Positions 1-9,838 of a stretch of DNA of 57,851 nt are shown here, piece after piece (the first letter of the stretch is position 1; each line of letters begins with the position of its first letter). The stretch lies in the IMG/VR virus record IMGVR_UViG_3300027840_000002, positions 1 through 57,851 of that record. The stretch is one strand, 5' to 3'. The position numbers were made by a program, and so were the translations under genes. The notes under the pieces were generated by a model. That model was not told where the DNA came from and made no database searches. It was given only the letters and a program-made list of their open reading frames with translations. The DNA is from a virus (lineage: Duplodnaviria > Caudoviricetes).

Positions 1-2226
1 TCTGCCAGTTTAAAGAATTCTCGCAGTGCTTCTTCTAACAATGCCCTGCAGGGTCGCACGAACGCATCGCGACCAGGTGAACGAATCGCTGACATACGCG
101 GCTATGTTCGGGCATATCCGGATCTCCTTATGGATTACAGGATTTTTAAAGACCGTACTGAATACGAAGTACAGTTTTTGTGCCTGGGTTCAGGGGAATA
201 TCAGATCGAAGATGTGAGAGACGGTATTACCCCATCTGCAAATATTAGCGGTGAGCAGTTGAACTTTTATAAATCAGGATCTGCACCGGGCGCTGGTTCA
301 CCTTACATGAATATCGGCGGAACAATTGATATAAATCAGTTCCCGATCATGGTTGCAAAAGCATCAAATGAAGCTGACGGTTCAGAGGTTAAGCCGCCGA
401 ATTATGCCGATATCAGTAAAGCCATATTTAAAATTTATAGCACCGGCGAAATTGACACAACAGTTTCTGATTCCAGCACAACCATAGACTGGTCAGAACG
501 TGCACCTGTTGCGAGTACAGTTAAACTCACTCAGTTCTACAGTTTTACACCACGTGCTTTACCAGCGGGTACTTACGATCGTAATGACTTATCGGGCACG
601 TATACGGTGTTGTCATCCGGTGAAAATATATTGATCTTGGACACGACAGGGCATTCAGGGTGGTCAGCATTATCGTCAACAGGTCAGGCTGCATATTCGC
701 AGGCTTTCCAGCGTACGGATGGATATTGGGAGTTTACCAATAGCGGCGGCAGTACTCAGTTTAACTTTTCACCTTCAGTTGACAGCAGTACGCCTTATGT
801 AGTAGGTCCGTACCTACTTGAAAGCGCTGATAAAATAATGGTTAATTTATACGCACAAAATGGTATTTATAAGACTGATGGTGATGTTTATCCATTCAGT
901 GTTGCTTTCCAGGTGATACTTTCTGATCCAACAGGTTCAGCTGCTAATGTTACTCATAACATGACTGTGAGCGGAAGATTCACCGAGGCCGTCGGTAGTA
1001 CGTTGATCGTTAATAACCCTTATTCAGGGGCGGTTAACGTATCTGTCAGAAGAACATCTGACACAGATAAAGATTTCAGCGGTTCAGTTGTGGACAATAT
1101 TAAATGGCGGGATCTGTATGCGATAAGTAATATTTCACCGCGTTCTTACGGTAACGTTACGATCATCCATGCTGTAACGAAAGCCACCAATGCTGCGCTT
1201 AAACAGAAAGAACGTAAATTAAACATGCTTGCTACCCGGATTTATAATGGTGTTGCCAGTAGAAACTTTGCAGATGTGGTCATGTCAATTCATACTGACC
1301 CATATTTCGGTAGAAGGACAACAGCAACAATCGATGTCGATGCTCTGTATGATGCTCAGCAACAAATACTTGACTATTTTGGTGATCCAAGAGCAATACA
1401 AGTGGGTTATACGTTTGACAATAACAGTACAACTTATGAGGAAGCGTTACAGACCGTATGTAATGCTGTTAACGTAACACCTTACCAGGTGGGTAGCGTA
1501 CTGTATTTCTTCCCTGAACTACCGCAAACCACATCTTCAATGCAATTCGGTCATACATTTAAAGTGCCTGATACCGATAAACGTACCCGTACATTTTCAC
1601 CACTTAAAGATTACACCGGTGTTCAGGTTAAATATTATGATCACGATGAAGAGTCCTACTTATACGTTACATCCGGTGAAGAAACCAACGTTAATAAGAT
1701 AGATCTTGACGCATGTCAATCAAAATATCTGGCTACTATTCGTGCTAATCGCGAATATAATAAATTACAGTTTCAACGTGTAACGCATGAGTGTACAGCG
1801 TTAAGTATAGGTTTACAGGCAGCACCGGGTATGCGCGTTGACATGGTTGATAACACCAGGATGAAACAGATGGATGGGGTTGTTACCGACGTTGATGGGT
1901 TAACTTTATATTTGAGCGATCCTGTTCAATTACTTGATGGTTATTCCTATACAATAACATTCACCGGAAGATTAGGTACCCTTGAGAATATCCCGATTTT
2001 AGTCGGTACAGATGAGTTCACGGTAACCCTGGTCAATGCACCATCTGAAGATGTATATACAGGCTGGCTTCGAGACAGAACATCGTATGTAATACGTACT
2101 GACGATGAACGTACTAAGCTTGCAATGCTGGTTCAGAGTATGGAACCGTCAGGGCGGGATAACAACTATCAGGTAGGGTTAACGTGCATCAATTACGACG
2201 CACGTTATTATCAAGATGATTTATGA
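1..2226 (+). CDS. Tail tip / central fibre (host-specificity J-like) protein, C-terminal part; continues from 57555..57851
   Basis: Frame 1 is open from position 1 (SASLKNSRSASSNNALQGRTNASRPGERIADIRGYVRAYPDLL) into the 698-aa ORF at 130. The motif style is that of siphovirus tail-tip proteins, and it follows Dit/DUF1833/NlpC genes across the window junction. Confidence 0.85.
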   Translation, partial: SASLKNSRSASSNNALQGRTNASRPGERIADIRGYVRAYPDLLMDYRIFKDRTEYEVQFLCLGSGEYQIEDVRDGITPSANISGEQLNFYKSGSAPGAGSPYMNIGGTIDINQFPIMVAKASNEADGSEVKPPNYADISKAIFKIYSTGEIDTTVSDSSTTIDWSERAPVASTVKLTQFYSFTPRALPAGTYDRNDLSGTYTVLSSGENILILDTTGHSGWSALSSTGQAAYSQAFQRTDGYWEFTNSGGSTQFNFSPSVDSSTPYVVGPYLLESADKIMVNLYAQNGIYKTDGDVYPFSVAFQVILSDPTGSAANVTHNMTVSGRFTEAVGSTLIVNNPYSGAVNVSVRRTSDTDKDFSGSVVDNIKWRDLYAISNISPRSYGNVTIIHAVTKATNAALKQKERKLNMLATRIYNGVASRNFADVVMSIHTDPYFGRRTTATIDVDALYDAQQQILDYFGDPRAIQVGYTFDNNSTTYEEALQTVCNAVNVTPYQVGSVLYFFPELPQTTSSMQFGHTFKVPDTDKRTRTFSPLKDYTGVQVKYYDHDEESYLYVTSGEETNVNKIDLDACQSKYLATIRANREYNKLQFQRVTHECTALSIGLQAAPGMRVDMVDNTRMKQMDGVVTDVDGLTLYLSDPVQLLDGYSYTITFTGRLGTLENIPILVGTDEFTVTLVNAPSEDVYTGWLRDRTSYVIRTDDERTKLAMLVQSMEPSGRDNNYQVGLTCINYDARYYQDDL

Positions 2227-4167
2227 AGAGAGAATGATATTTAAAGCAGCAGATGTTGTTTGAGGGTTAATCAAAGCACCAGAGGGTGTATATAAAGCAA
2301 TATTAATTGTCTTTGCACCTATTGATGTAATGAATGTCTGATAAGCACCTGCTGTACCAGCGACTTGCACATTCTCTACTGCCGCCTGTGTCACATGCGT
2401 TGGGAAGTTTACTGTTATAGCTGAAGACGTTAAGGTTACAGATCCAATGATTGAATTGCTGTCAATCAGGTTTGTACCGCCAGAGCCGTTAGTTGCCACG
2501 CGAGCTTTACGCTGAAAATCTACAGTAAGATCGGTAACTACAAACAGGCGGGCGAACATTGGTCTGGATGTCTTAATTCCACTAACTTTGATATTGCTAA
2601 CAGCTGATCCTGTGAAAGTGATCATAGCCCCAGTTGTTCCTGAGTATCCAGGAATTGAATTATCGTGAACATTACTTATGGTGGTATTATTAGCTCCGTC
2701 GTTCACCAATATAGGGCTAGCAGCAGAGGGTGTGCTAATAACACCGTTATTAATCATACCATCTTGGTAGCTAAGACTAATTCCGACACAATCCGCACCG
2801 GAAAGTGAGGTATTCTTCGGTCTAACCCTTATGTTAAAATTAGTTATAAGGAACCTAGAGCAAGTCACTCCGCTCTGGTTTTGAGTTGTGATTCCATACA
2901 CACCTACGCCGTCCTGATACTTAATGATGTCCAGTTGGACATCATGTAAAATGAAATCAGATATTTCACCTTCTTGAGGATTGAAAGCCACCCCACCATT
3001 AGCTCCATCGACAACTATGGAGCCCATATTAAAGATTGTACTCTTCCTTACATTTATACCCCAAAAATTTCTATCATCTTTACCTAAATATTTCCCTATC
3101 AGATTGGTTGCTATGAAGTTTCTGTTTCCAGATGTGTCTCCGTAACCTCCTGTTGAAACATATAAAACATGGCGTCCGTTATCTACAGCGCCAACATCAA
3201 GAATCACACCATCGATTAATGAATCTTGAATGTTATCCGTGATTACACCATATCCGCCACGGCCATCCCTTGTTGATGGGTTTAAAGGATGGAATGTAGT
3301 GTCATGTGCAATAACATCTCGGACAATAGAGCTTTTGGCTTGCCCGATAGCTAAAGCACCTGTGTAAATTTGGGCAAGAATCCCAGTAATTTTTAGGTAC
3401 TTTACCTTATAGGCCAAAACCGCATATGCCTGATTGCCTGGTTCGGTACTTAAAGCGGAACCAGTTGAACGGAAGTCTGATACCGTCACGTAATCTTTAG
3501 TGTCAGTGGTATTAATCCCTTCAATGCGCATACCGGCACTAGTTGAGGTGGTTTGGGTAAAGGTTCCCCCAGCACCTTTAATATGTTGGAATGCGGCGGG
3601 GGAAATATAATCTGAGGAAGTTATGTCTTTATTAATCTCCACATCATTGCCGTTTGTCAGAACCTCAACTATACCACCCGAATAACCGTCAGGCCTCCTG
3701 TCAATGGCATCTAGATCTAATTTTAAATCCCCTCGATGGTTGGTGCCTATAAACGATCCGTCACCATTCATTATTTCATTTCTTAATGTCAAATCAGACT
3801 GATCAACCCAAGCCCCCGGACCGATACCACCGGCGCTGGTAGGTGTGCTACCGGCAGGTACGACTTTCGGTAGAGATCCTGTCCACTGATAGAAACTTCC
3901 ATCTGCTTCATATAGTAAAACTTCCCAGCGATTATTGAGAGTTCCACCGTCTTCAAATGAACCGTTTACCGGCTTGAAACCGATATCGGAGAATAAACCG
4001 TCCAGGGTAGCATTGGTATACCCTACACCGCGAATAGGATCTGTCACCACCAAGGCAGGTGAACCGCTCGCATCTTTGCTGGTAGCAACGTGTTCAATAT
4101 GCAAAATCGACTCTTTCGCCGCTTTCAGATCATCAGCACTTACATATGCGCCGCATGAATCAGCCAT
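2221..4167 (-). CDS. Tailspike / polysaccharide depolymerase (beta-helix)
   Basis: N-terminal particle-binding segment (MADSCG...GSFEDGGTL...YQWTGSLPKVVPAGSTP..GGIGPGAWV) is typical of siphovirus tailspikes. The body is Asn/Gly/Ile-rich and beta-helix-like. SD GAGGG upstream. Confidence 0.85.
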   Translation of the reverse strand: MADSCGAYVSADDLKAAKESILHIEHVATSKDASGSPALVVTDPIRGVGYTNATLDGLFSDIGFKPVNGSFEDGGTLNNRWEVLLYEADGSFYQWTGSLPKVVPAGSTPTSAGGIGPGAWVDQSDLTLRNEIMNGDGSFIGTNHRGDLKLDLDAIDRRPDGYSGGIVEVLTNGNDVEINKDITSSDYISPAAFQHIKGAGGTFTQTTSTSAGMRIEGINTTDTKDYVTVSDFRSTGSALSTEPGNQAYAVLAYKVKYLKITGILAQIYTGALAIGQAKSSIVRDVIAHDTTFHPLNPSTRDGRGGYGVITDNIQDSLIDGVILDVGAVDNGRHVLYVSTGGYGDTSGNRNFIATNLIGKYLGKDDRNFWGINVRKSTIFNMGSIVVDGANGGVAFNPQEGEISDFILHDVQLDIIKYQDGVGVYGITTQNQSGVTCSRFLITNFNIRVRPKNTSLSGADCVGISLSYQDGMINNGVISTPSAASPILVNDGANNTTISNVHDNSIPGYSGTTGAMITFTGSAVSNIKVSGIKTSRPMFARLFVVTDLTVDFQRKARVATNGSGGTNLIDSNSIIGSVTLTSSAITVNFPTHVTQAAVENVQVAGTAGAYQTFITSIGAKTINIALYTPSGALINPQTTSAALNIILSS

Positions 4168-4272
4168 TGTATCACCCTCTCAGGAATGTTAAGATTTATC
4201 CTAAAAACCGCTGTTTGTTGTTTCCCCGGTTTCAGGTTACACTGTGAGCAACTGTCACATATGGATATTATC

Positions 4273-4674
4273 ATGAATGACTCACAACTACACCAGCAAA
4301 TCGGGCGTCTCACAGAAGCGGTAGAAACCCAGTCAAGTATTACGCGGGAGCTATCGCATAAAATGACAACTATCGGTGATAAGGTCGAACAGGTTGACCG
4401 AAAATTATCGGAAATGTCATCAAGCATGGTGACAAAAGAAAGCCTGCGATCGGCGGGTATAGATCTGATGAGGCCAGAAGAACATCACGCTGACATGACC
4501 TGGGTCAGAAATAAACGCATTGCATCTGAAACGCGCAAGCCTGTTTATTCTCATGCTATTAAAGCTATTGCCGCAGCTGTAGCGATCGCGGTCGGAGCAT
4601 GGTTATGGCAGGCATTCACCACACAGTTAAGTAAAGATGTTCGAGTGGAAATCCATAATGAACAAAGTAAATAA
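4273..4674 (+). CDS. Membrane protein heading the lysis cassette (holin/antiholin candidate)
   Basis: Coiled-coil-like N-terminus and one C-terminal hydrophobic helix (AIAAAVAIAVGAWLWQAF); overlaps the endolysin start. Start choice is uncertain. Confidence 0.5.
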   Translation: MNDSQLHQQIGRLTEAVETQSSITRELSHKMTTIGDKVEQVDRKLSEMSSSMVTKESLRSAGIDLMRPEEHHADMTWVRNKRIASETRKPVYSHAIKAIAAAVAIAVGAWLWQAFTTQLSKDVRVEIHNEQSK

Positions 4675-5203
4675 ACGTGTAATAGCTGTACTGTTACTTG
4701 CAATCCCTGCCGTTGAGGGTTTGCAACAGAGCGTATATAAAGACCAGGGTGGCGTACCGACTGTATGCAGTGGTGTGACGGGTGCTAATATCAAGATGGG
4801 TATGACCTTCACTGAGAAACAGTGTCGTGATATGAATCTGCAGGCGATACTGAGCCATAGTAAACCGCTTGAAAAAATACCCCATCAGTTACCTGACAGG
4901 GTTAATGTTGCGTTCGGCAGTTGGCTTTATCAGTACGGGGAAACTAATTTCAATAGTAGCACTGCTAAAAAGTATCTCAGTCAGAATCGTCTGAAAGACG
5001 CTTGTGATGAAATTCTTAAATGGCGATTTACGCGTGTGAATGGCGTGAAAGTTGACTGTTCAATAAAGTCCAGCCGTTGTGGCGGGGTATGGACACGTGC
5101 ACAGAACAATAACCAGCTGTGCCTGGGTAAAATTAGCGTTGATCAGTATCTGCAACGCATTGGTGCGGAGCCATTAAAATATGACGGTGAGTACACCAAT
5201 TAA
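4658..5203 (+). CDS. SAR endolysin, GH24 phage lysozyme
   Basis: Basic then hydrophobic N-terminus (KVNKRVIAVLLLAIPAV) followed by the E-x8-D-x5-T catalytic triad (EGLQQSVYKDQGGVPT). Confidence 0.9.
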   Translation: MNKVNKRVIAVLLLAIPAVEGLQQSVYKDQGGVPTVCSGVTGANIKMGMTFTEKQCRDMNLQAILSHSKPLEKIPHQLPDRVNVAFGSWLYQYGETNFNSSTAKKYLSQNRLKDACDEILKWRFTRVNGVKVDCSIKSSRCGGVWTRAQNNNQLCLGKISVDQYLQRIGAEPLKYDGEYTN

Positions 5204-5396
5204 AAGCTGGTCAGTATGGGCGCTCATCGCGGGGCTGATACTTGACGCAGTGAATGAATATTACGGCGCATGGTTCCCTTCGTGGGTAACCCTGTGCATA
5301 TTCAGCCTTGCACTACTATGCCGTTTCTTATCACAGGAGGCTGTACGTGAACAAGCTATACGCTGCTATTGCTGGATTGTTAATCGTAATTGGTAG
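5181..5396 (+). CDS. Holin candidate (two transmembrane helices)
   Basis: 71 aa, two hydrophobic segments, between endolysin and spanins. Confidence 0.6.
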   Translation: MTVSTPIKSWSVWALIAGLILDAVNEYYGAWFPSWVTLCIFSLALLCRFLSQEAVREQAIRCYCWIVNRNW

Positions 5397-5718
5397 TCAC
5401 GCGATCGTTTATCGTGCCGGCTGGTCTGCTCACGCCGATAAAATGAATGCTCAGGCTGCACAGAATAAACAGAAAGCCGAAAACAGACAGGCTAAATCAA
5501 CCGCTCAGTCACAGCAGGTACGTACCGTCACTGAGACAAAATATCGTACCGTATACAGAGACGTGGTGAAATATGTCCAGGATTCGAATCGTACTAAGTG
5601 TGATTTTGACGCTGACTATCAGCGGTTGCGCCAGTCCGCCCTTGACGCCGACTCAGCCATCCGCAGAGATGACCGCTCCGGTGTGCGAATTATCGAAAAA
5701 AGCACCGATGAACACTGA
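5347..5718 (+). CDS. Inner-membrane spanin (Rz-like)
   Basis: GTG start after AGGAGG; N-terminal TM helix, Gln/Ala-rich coiled coil, C-terminal Cys. Confidence 0.8.
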   Translation: MNKLYAAIAGLLIVIGSHAIVYRAGWSAHADKMNAQAAQNKQKAENRQAKSTAQSQQVRTVTETKYRTVYRDVVKYVQDSNRTKCDFDADYQRLRQSALDADSAIRRDDRSGVRIIEKSTDEH

Positions 5719-5821
5719 TGAGAGTATCGTGATTGAAAACCAGAACACGGAGTGTGCCACGAAGCGAAAGCTGACGGTATACGACTGGCAGGACTGGTAC
5801 CGCGATAACTTTAAAAAATAG
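5573..5821 (+). CDS. Outer-membrane spanin lipoprotein (Rz1-like)
   Basis: Signal peptide with lipobox ISG-C, Pro-rich mature part, overlaps the i-spanin in another frame. Confidence 0.85.
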   Translation: MSRIRIVLSVILTLTISGCASPPLTPTQPSAEMTAPVCELSKKAPMNTDESIVIENQNTECATKRKLTVYDWQDWYRDNFKK

Positions 5822-5840
5822 CCCGCTAAGCGCGGGCTTT
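5813..5840. terminator. Bidirectional intrinsic terminator
   Basis: AGCCCGC-TAAGC-GCGGGCT between convergent genes, flanked by A and T runs. Confidence 0.7.
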
Positions 5841-6350
5841 AATACGTTTCAGTGATACATATCGGGTGAGAGTAACCTGATCTCCCGGTCTGAACACACA
5901 AACCACCGTTGGCTTGTTATTACCTTTCACTTCCTTTCCCGTCAGATTGGAAACATAATTCACCCTACCACCGGTGATGTGTATCACTTCAGAGGCTTCG
6001 TTAACGCAGAGTTCAGCCCACGATGTTGAAAGATCTGAGGGTAGAACCACGGTGAACTCTGCCTGCATATTATCCCGCTGCCAGATTAACCACTCAATAA
6101 AAGGTTTGATGTTGTTGAAAGGTGGGTTTAACCAGCACTTTTCACCGAAATTTACAATCTGCTTTAAAGCATTCATTTCTTCAGTGAAGTAGCGTTCGCA
6201 AAGCGAATTTTTATCGGCTGCGGCCGCATCCAGCGTGAAAGGTCCGTACAGTTCATTCAGCCAGGAAAAAAGATAACCGGGTGTCCGCCACTTCTGGCGG
6301 TCCGCATCATCCGTGGTGGTTCCATTCCAGCGTGATCCACTCTTAGTCAT
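5826..6350 (-). CDS. Phage DNA N6-adenine methyltransferase (Dam-like)
   Basis: WRTP, FTLDAAA and catalytic NPPF motifs, GRVNY. Confidence 0.9.
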   Translation of the reverse strand: MTKSGSRWNGTTTDDADRQKWRTPGYLFSWLNELYGPFTLDAAAADKNSLCERYFTEEMNALKQIVNFGEKCWLNPPFNNIKPFIEWLIWQRDNMQAEFTVVLPSDLSTSWAELCVNEASEVIHITGGRVNYVSNLTGKEVKGNNKPTVVCVFRPGDQVTLTRYVSLKRIKARA

Positions 6351-6697
6351 TCTGGTAAATCCCCAATACCGTTATAAACAGGTTTTTTCATATCGCGTGC
6401 GATCCGTAGTTCAGCCGCACAGCGCGCATCATATTCCCAGTTAGGAAGCAACAGAACGCCATCACAGCGCGTTAGCAGTTCGTGGCAGACCGGTAACACT
6501 AAAGATTCGTAACGTGGCTCAAACAGCCATTCAGCAAACTGGATCTGCGTTGCCAGTGGTAACCAGTTTTTTCGTAAACGGTTAACCATCAGACACGCGT
6601 CATTGATTTTCTCTACGTTGCTGCGCACACCTTGCTGCCGGCGGTAGGGATGTGAGTCAAACACATCAAGAGGTGCACATACATACAAGAGTTTCAT
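6347..6697 (-). CDS. DUF4406/DUF1937-like protein (nucleoside deoxyribosyltransferase-like fold)
   Basis: MKLLYVCAP start and CDGVLLLPNWE...AELRIARDMKKPVY C-terminal motif. Confidence 0.6.
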   Translation of the reverse strand: MKLLYVCAPLDVFDSHPYRRQQGVRSNVEKINDACLMVNRLRKNWLPLATQIQFAEWLFEPRYESLVLPVCHELLTRCDGVLLLPNWEYDARCAAELRIARDMKKPVYNGIGDLPE

Positions 6698-7089
6698 TTA
6701 TAAGGCTCCCACACTGTGATTCCTGCAGCCTGCATACGCTTAGTCATATCTGCCGTTCCTGTACCGCCATGGAAAGCGATACCGTATTGCGGTTTCGGTT
6801 CAGCATCCATCATAGACTGGTTACGATCATGTCCGGCGCGTGCGTTGTATGGTCCGCGCTGGCCGTGGCGTATTACTGCACCGGGTGCGTCAAGATTCGA
6901 CCAATCTGCCGGGCAGCGTTCATGCTTAATACCTTTTGACTCAGCCCAATCTCCACAAATCCGATCAACACCTGCAGCATCACCTTCACGCAACATTGTG
7001 ATCGGATACTGTGCGTGCACCTCGTCAAGCGCCGCATAAATTGCAGCGCGGTCGGTATAGTTTCGCCCACCTGTTACCACGACGATCAT
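6694..7089 (-). CDS. SLOG-family protein (DUF2493 / YspA-like)
   Basis: VVTGGRNY, EGDAAGVD, PADW, AGHDRNQSM and AFHGGTGTADM motifs. Confidence 0.85.
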   Translation of the reverse strand: MIVVVTGGRNYTDRAAIYAALDEVHAQYPITMLREGDAAGVDRICGDWAESKGIKHERCPADWSNLDAPGAVIRHGQRGPYNARAGHDRNQSMMDAEPKPQYGIAFHGGTGTADMTKRMQAAGITVWEPYK

Positions 7090-7448
7090 CCACGCACCTC
7101 AGCCAGTACGTTCTCTACTCCGCGAATGTCAATGCCGCGAAGTACATCATGGATCAGACTCACACGGCGCGGGTCAGAGCATTTCACTTTAGTCTGTGTG
7201 CCTGCGGCCATGATATCGTACAGATCCTGCAGATACATGCCGCGCGAATCGCACTCAGCGCGTAGATCAGCAATAGGTGTACGATTGGGTGCTACTGTCA
7301 TACCGTCAAGCGCCAGGTCAAGCAGGCGGCGTTTACCGGTAACAGGCTTATCGTGGTACCATAGCCAGACTGATTGTGATGAAACTCCCCAGCGCTGGCC
7401 CAGCTCTTTTCGGCGTTTTGCCGGAATGTCTAAAGAAAATACAGGCAT
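7086..7448 (-). CDS. Putative HTH DNA-binding protein
   Basis: RKELGQRWGVSSQSVWLW resembles a Cro-type HTH. It has its own upstream promoter (TTGCAC-18-TAAAAT). Confidence 0.45.
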   Translation of the reverse strand: MPVFSLDIPAKRRKELGQRWGVSSQSVWLWYHDKPVTGKRRLLDLALDGMTVAPNRTPIADLRAECDSRGMYLQDLYDIMAAGTQTKVKCSDPRRVSLIHDVLRGIDIRGVENVLAEVRG

Positions 7449-7483
7449 AATAATTTTACTCTTGTGATTTACGTAATGTTTAA

Positions 7484-9601
7484 TTATTTTATCACTAGTT
7501 TATAGGCTTGTGCAATATACCATTCGTAATTTACAGCAGACCAGTCAAAGTCTTGCAGGTTGCTACACTCAGTGACAGGTTGCCCTGAGCAAAGGCCTGT
7601 GATCGTGACATCGCTCCACCGGCTTTTATTTTTTGTGTGGATGCGCGTATCGTGAGGGACACCAGCCGCATCCTGTTCACCTGGTTTACCGGTGATTTCT
7701 TCCAAGACCTGCTGATAAAACTGATCGGTGATTTTAGTGCGACGCTTCCACGTCCCCGGTACACCCTTCGGTATAGCTTTTTTAATCAACGACCCACCGT
7801 TAATACTCACAAAATAGCGGATTGTGTTACCTGTTTTACGCTCATAGCCATTCTGGTATACCAGCTGTAGCGAACAATCACGATTAACTTTTCCCCGGAT
7901 CATGAAATCAAACGGGTCAGAGTGACTACAGATAAACGCCGTGATATCTTCACCGCGTAGCATATGCGCTTCAACCGCTTTCTGAACAACAAGGGATGAA
8001 TGGTCCTTATGCCATTCGCGCTTGTATTCGTATGCACCTTTACGTTTCACACCACCTTCTTCGTACTCCGCGATATAGTTATTCACGTCGCGAATAAAGA
8101 ACCGGCTGTAACGCACCTCTTCAAGTTCAAGCTGTGTGACTTTTTCCCACCAGATGCGCAGATTATTTGCATGGTCCAGGTATTCAACAGGACAGTGGAA
8201 AGTGATACCGTCCGTATTACACTGGATCATTTTCAGGCCAGGGACTTTGATCAACTGTTCAACTAGCATGCACAGCGATAACTGTCCGTTGATAGTGATT
8301 TTCATGGTGTACATAGGATCGTAAAACGGACTATGTTCGTTGTTACTGTTACCGTAAGTACCATTTAGCGCAAGTTTATATGCGCCGCCCATCATCGTTT
8401 TCTTACCTACGCGATTTCGTTCGTTGAACAGATATTCTGAAATATCGCAATACTGTTCACCCAGGTGCGCAGGATAGATACGGTTTTTAATTGCCAGGTT
8501 GGGGTAATAACTGGCAACGTCAAGATCGACAATTTTATGTGTAGCGGTGCTGTGGACAATCTCACGATGAAGTGATGCGTGTAGTCCGCCTGTACCGAAA
8601 TCATAGTTAAAATTGTCAATTCGACAGTGAAGACTGACCGCGATAAATTTAGCACCGGTAAAGTCTGTGTCTACGGGTACATGGTAAAGCCGACGCGGTT
8701 TCTTCGCATCTTTCAGCCAGACTTTAACCTTTTTCGGATCCATCCAGCGAACCATTTCTGGTGTGCAACGGATATCAGAAAACACACCTTTTGTTTCTTT
8801 GATGGTCTGAGATTTGAGGTAGTCAAGAACCATCATGAAAGCGGGATGCTCAAGTCGCACATAATGGAATATGCACTGTGACAGATCGATAGACGCTCGC
8901 GGCGTCTGTCTCGGTATACGTTTACCAGCAGTGTTTCGCTCATAACATGGAATGCCGGCTTTTTCAAGTTCAATAATTAACACCTCAGCGCCGATCTTGG
9001 TGTCATTGTGGTTCATGAAATCACGACCGTATTTCGCAGTAAGTTCTTCACGAAATACAATCATGTCATACGATGCTTTGTAGAAATCTGTTGTTGCAAC
9101 AACGTCGTGATCGTTATAGTCAAGTAACGTATCTTTCTGCTGGTCGTCAAGCTGCGTACCAACCGGGAACGGGAGATCCTCTACGCTTTCCATACCCATA
9201 GCAATTTCCAGCGATTTAAGGCTGGTAGCTTTAGCCATATTGTCAAAATGGTGGATTTTCAGCAGGTCAATTTGTTCAACGAGGCGACGATCCGGCCACA
9301 TGGGAAATGAATTGTCGCCTTTGATACGCTGCATGGCTTTAGCATAAATCTGTTCGACGCTGCTATACGGATTTTCATAAAACCACTGAAGTACTTCCCA
9401 GTCAAACCACAGGTTATTAAAACCCACCATTCGTGCTTTAACCGAACGTAAGTAATTTAAGAATTCAAAAAGTTTTAAGCGATCATCACGTCGATCTGAA
9501 ACTTCAAAAGTGTATTTTGTGCCTGTTGATACATGCGTAGCGCGACAGGTAAAAGTGTTGGGGTAAGTTTCCAAATCGTAAGTATAGTCGCGAGGGTTCA
9601 T
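7484..9601 (-). CDS. DNA polymerase, family B-like, with 3'-5' exonuclease
   Basis: ExoI YDLETY, ExoII GFNNLWFD, ExoIII YNDHD; polymerase motifs DVASYYP, KLALNGTYG, NTDG. Confidence 0.95.
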   Translation of the reverse strand: MNPRDYTYDLETYPNTFTCRATHVSTGTKYTFEVSDRRDDRLKLFEFLNYLRSVKARMVGFNNLWFDWEVLQWFYENPYSSVEQIYAKAMQRIKGDNSFPMWPDRRLVEQIDLLKIHHFDNMAKATSLKSLEIAMGMESVEDLPFPVGTQLDDQQKDTLLDYNDHDVVATTDFYKASYDMIVFREELTAKYGRDFMNHNDTKIGAEVLIIELEKAGIPCYERNTAGKRIPRQTPRASIDLSQCIFHYVRLEHPAFMMVLDYLKSQTIKETKGVFSDIRCTPEMVRWMDPKKVKVWLKDAKKPRRLYHVPVDTDFTGAKFIAVSLHCRIDNFNYDFGTGGLHASLHREIVHSTATHKIVDLDVASYYPNLAIKNRIYPAHLGEQYCDISEYLFNERNRVGKKTMMGGAYKLALNGTYGNSNNEHSPFYDPMYTMKITINGQLSLCMLVEQLIKVPGLKMIQCNTDGITFHCPVEYLDHANNLRIWWEKVTQLELEEVRYSRFFIRDVNNYIAEYEEGGVKRKGAYEYKREWHKDHSSLVVQKAVEAHMLRGEDITAFICSHSDPFDFMIRGKVNRDCSLQLVYQNGYERKTGNTIRYFVSINGGSLIKKAIPKGVPGTWKRRTKITDQFYQQVLEEITGKPGEQDAAGVPHDTRIHTKNKSRWSDVTITGLCSGQPVTECSNLQDFDWSAVNYEWYIAQAYKLVIK

Positions 9602-9792
9602 AAAGCATGATACTCCCAGTGTGAAAAAGAGTTACTTTTTCTAAATTCTTTGAGTCGATAAATATTTGCTTTTAATTGAAGTCGACTCAGCCGAATTGGT
9701 ACTGTCCAATACTTGAAAGGATTGCCGTTTTCATCTAAGTCTACATCCCGATATGTACCGTCTGCTTCACCGCCTACGAATAAAATTTTCAT
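9598..9792 (-). CDS. Hypothetical protein
   Basis: SD GAGGT; ATGA overlap with the polymerase start. Confidence 0.7.
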   Translation of the reverse strand: MKILFVGGEADGTYRDVDLDENGNPFKYWTVPIRLSRLQLKANIYRLKEFRKSNSFSHWEYHAL

Positions 9793-9805
9793 TGCTACAC
9801 CTCAT

Positions 9806-9830
9806 AAAATAAAGCCCGCCGAAGCGGGCT
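9806..9830 (-). terminator. Intrinsic terminator after ssb
   Basis: AGCCCGC-TTCG-GCGGGCT plus T-rich tail on the minus strand. Confidence 0.8.
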
Positions 9831-9838
9831 GGTTAATC

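Noticed and set aside
7484-9601. Intein or intron in the DNA polymerase
   Set aside because: Continuous 705-aa ORF with no intein or LAGLIDADG motifs.
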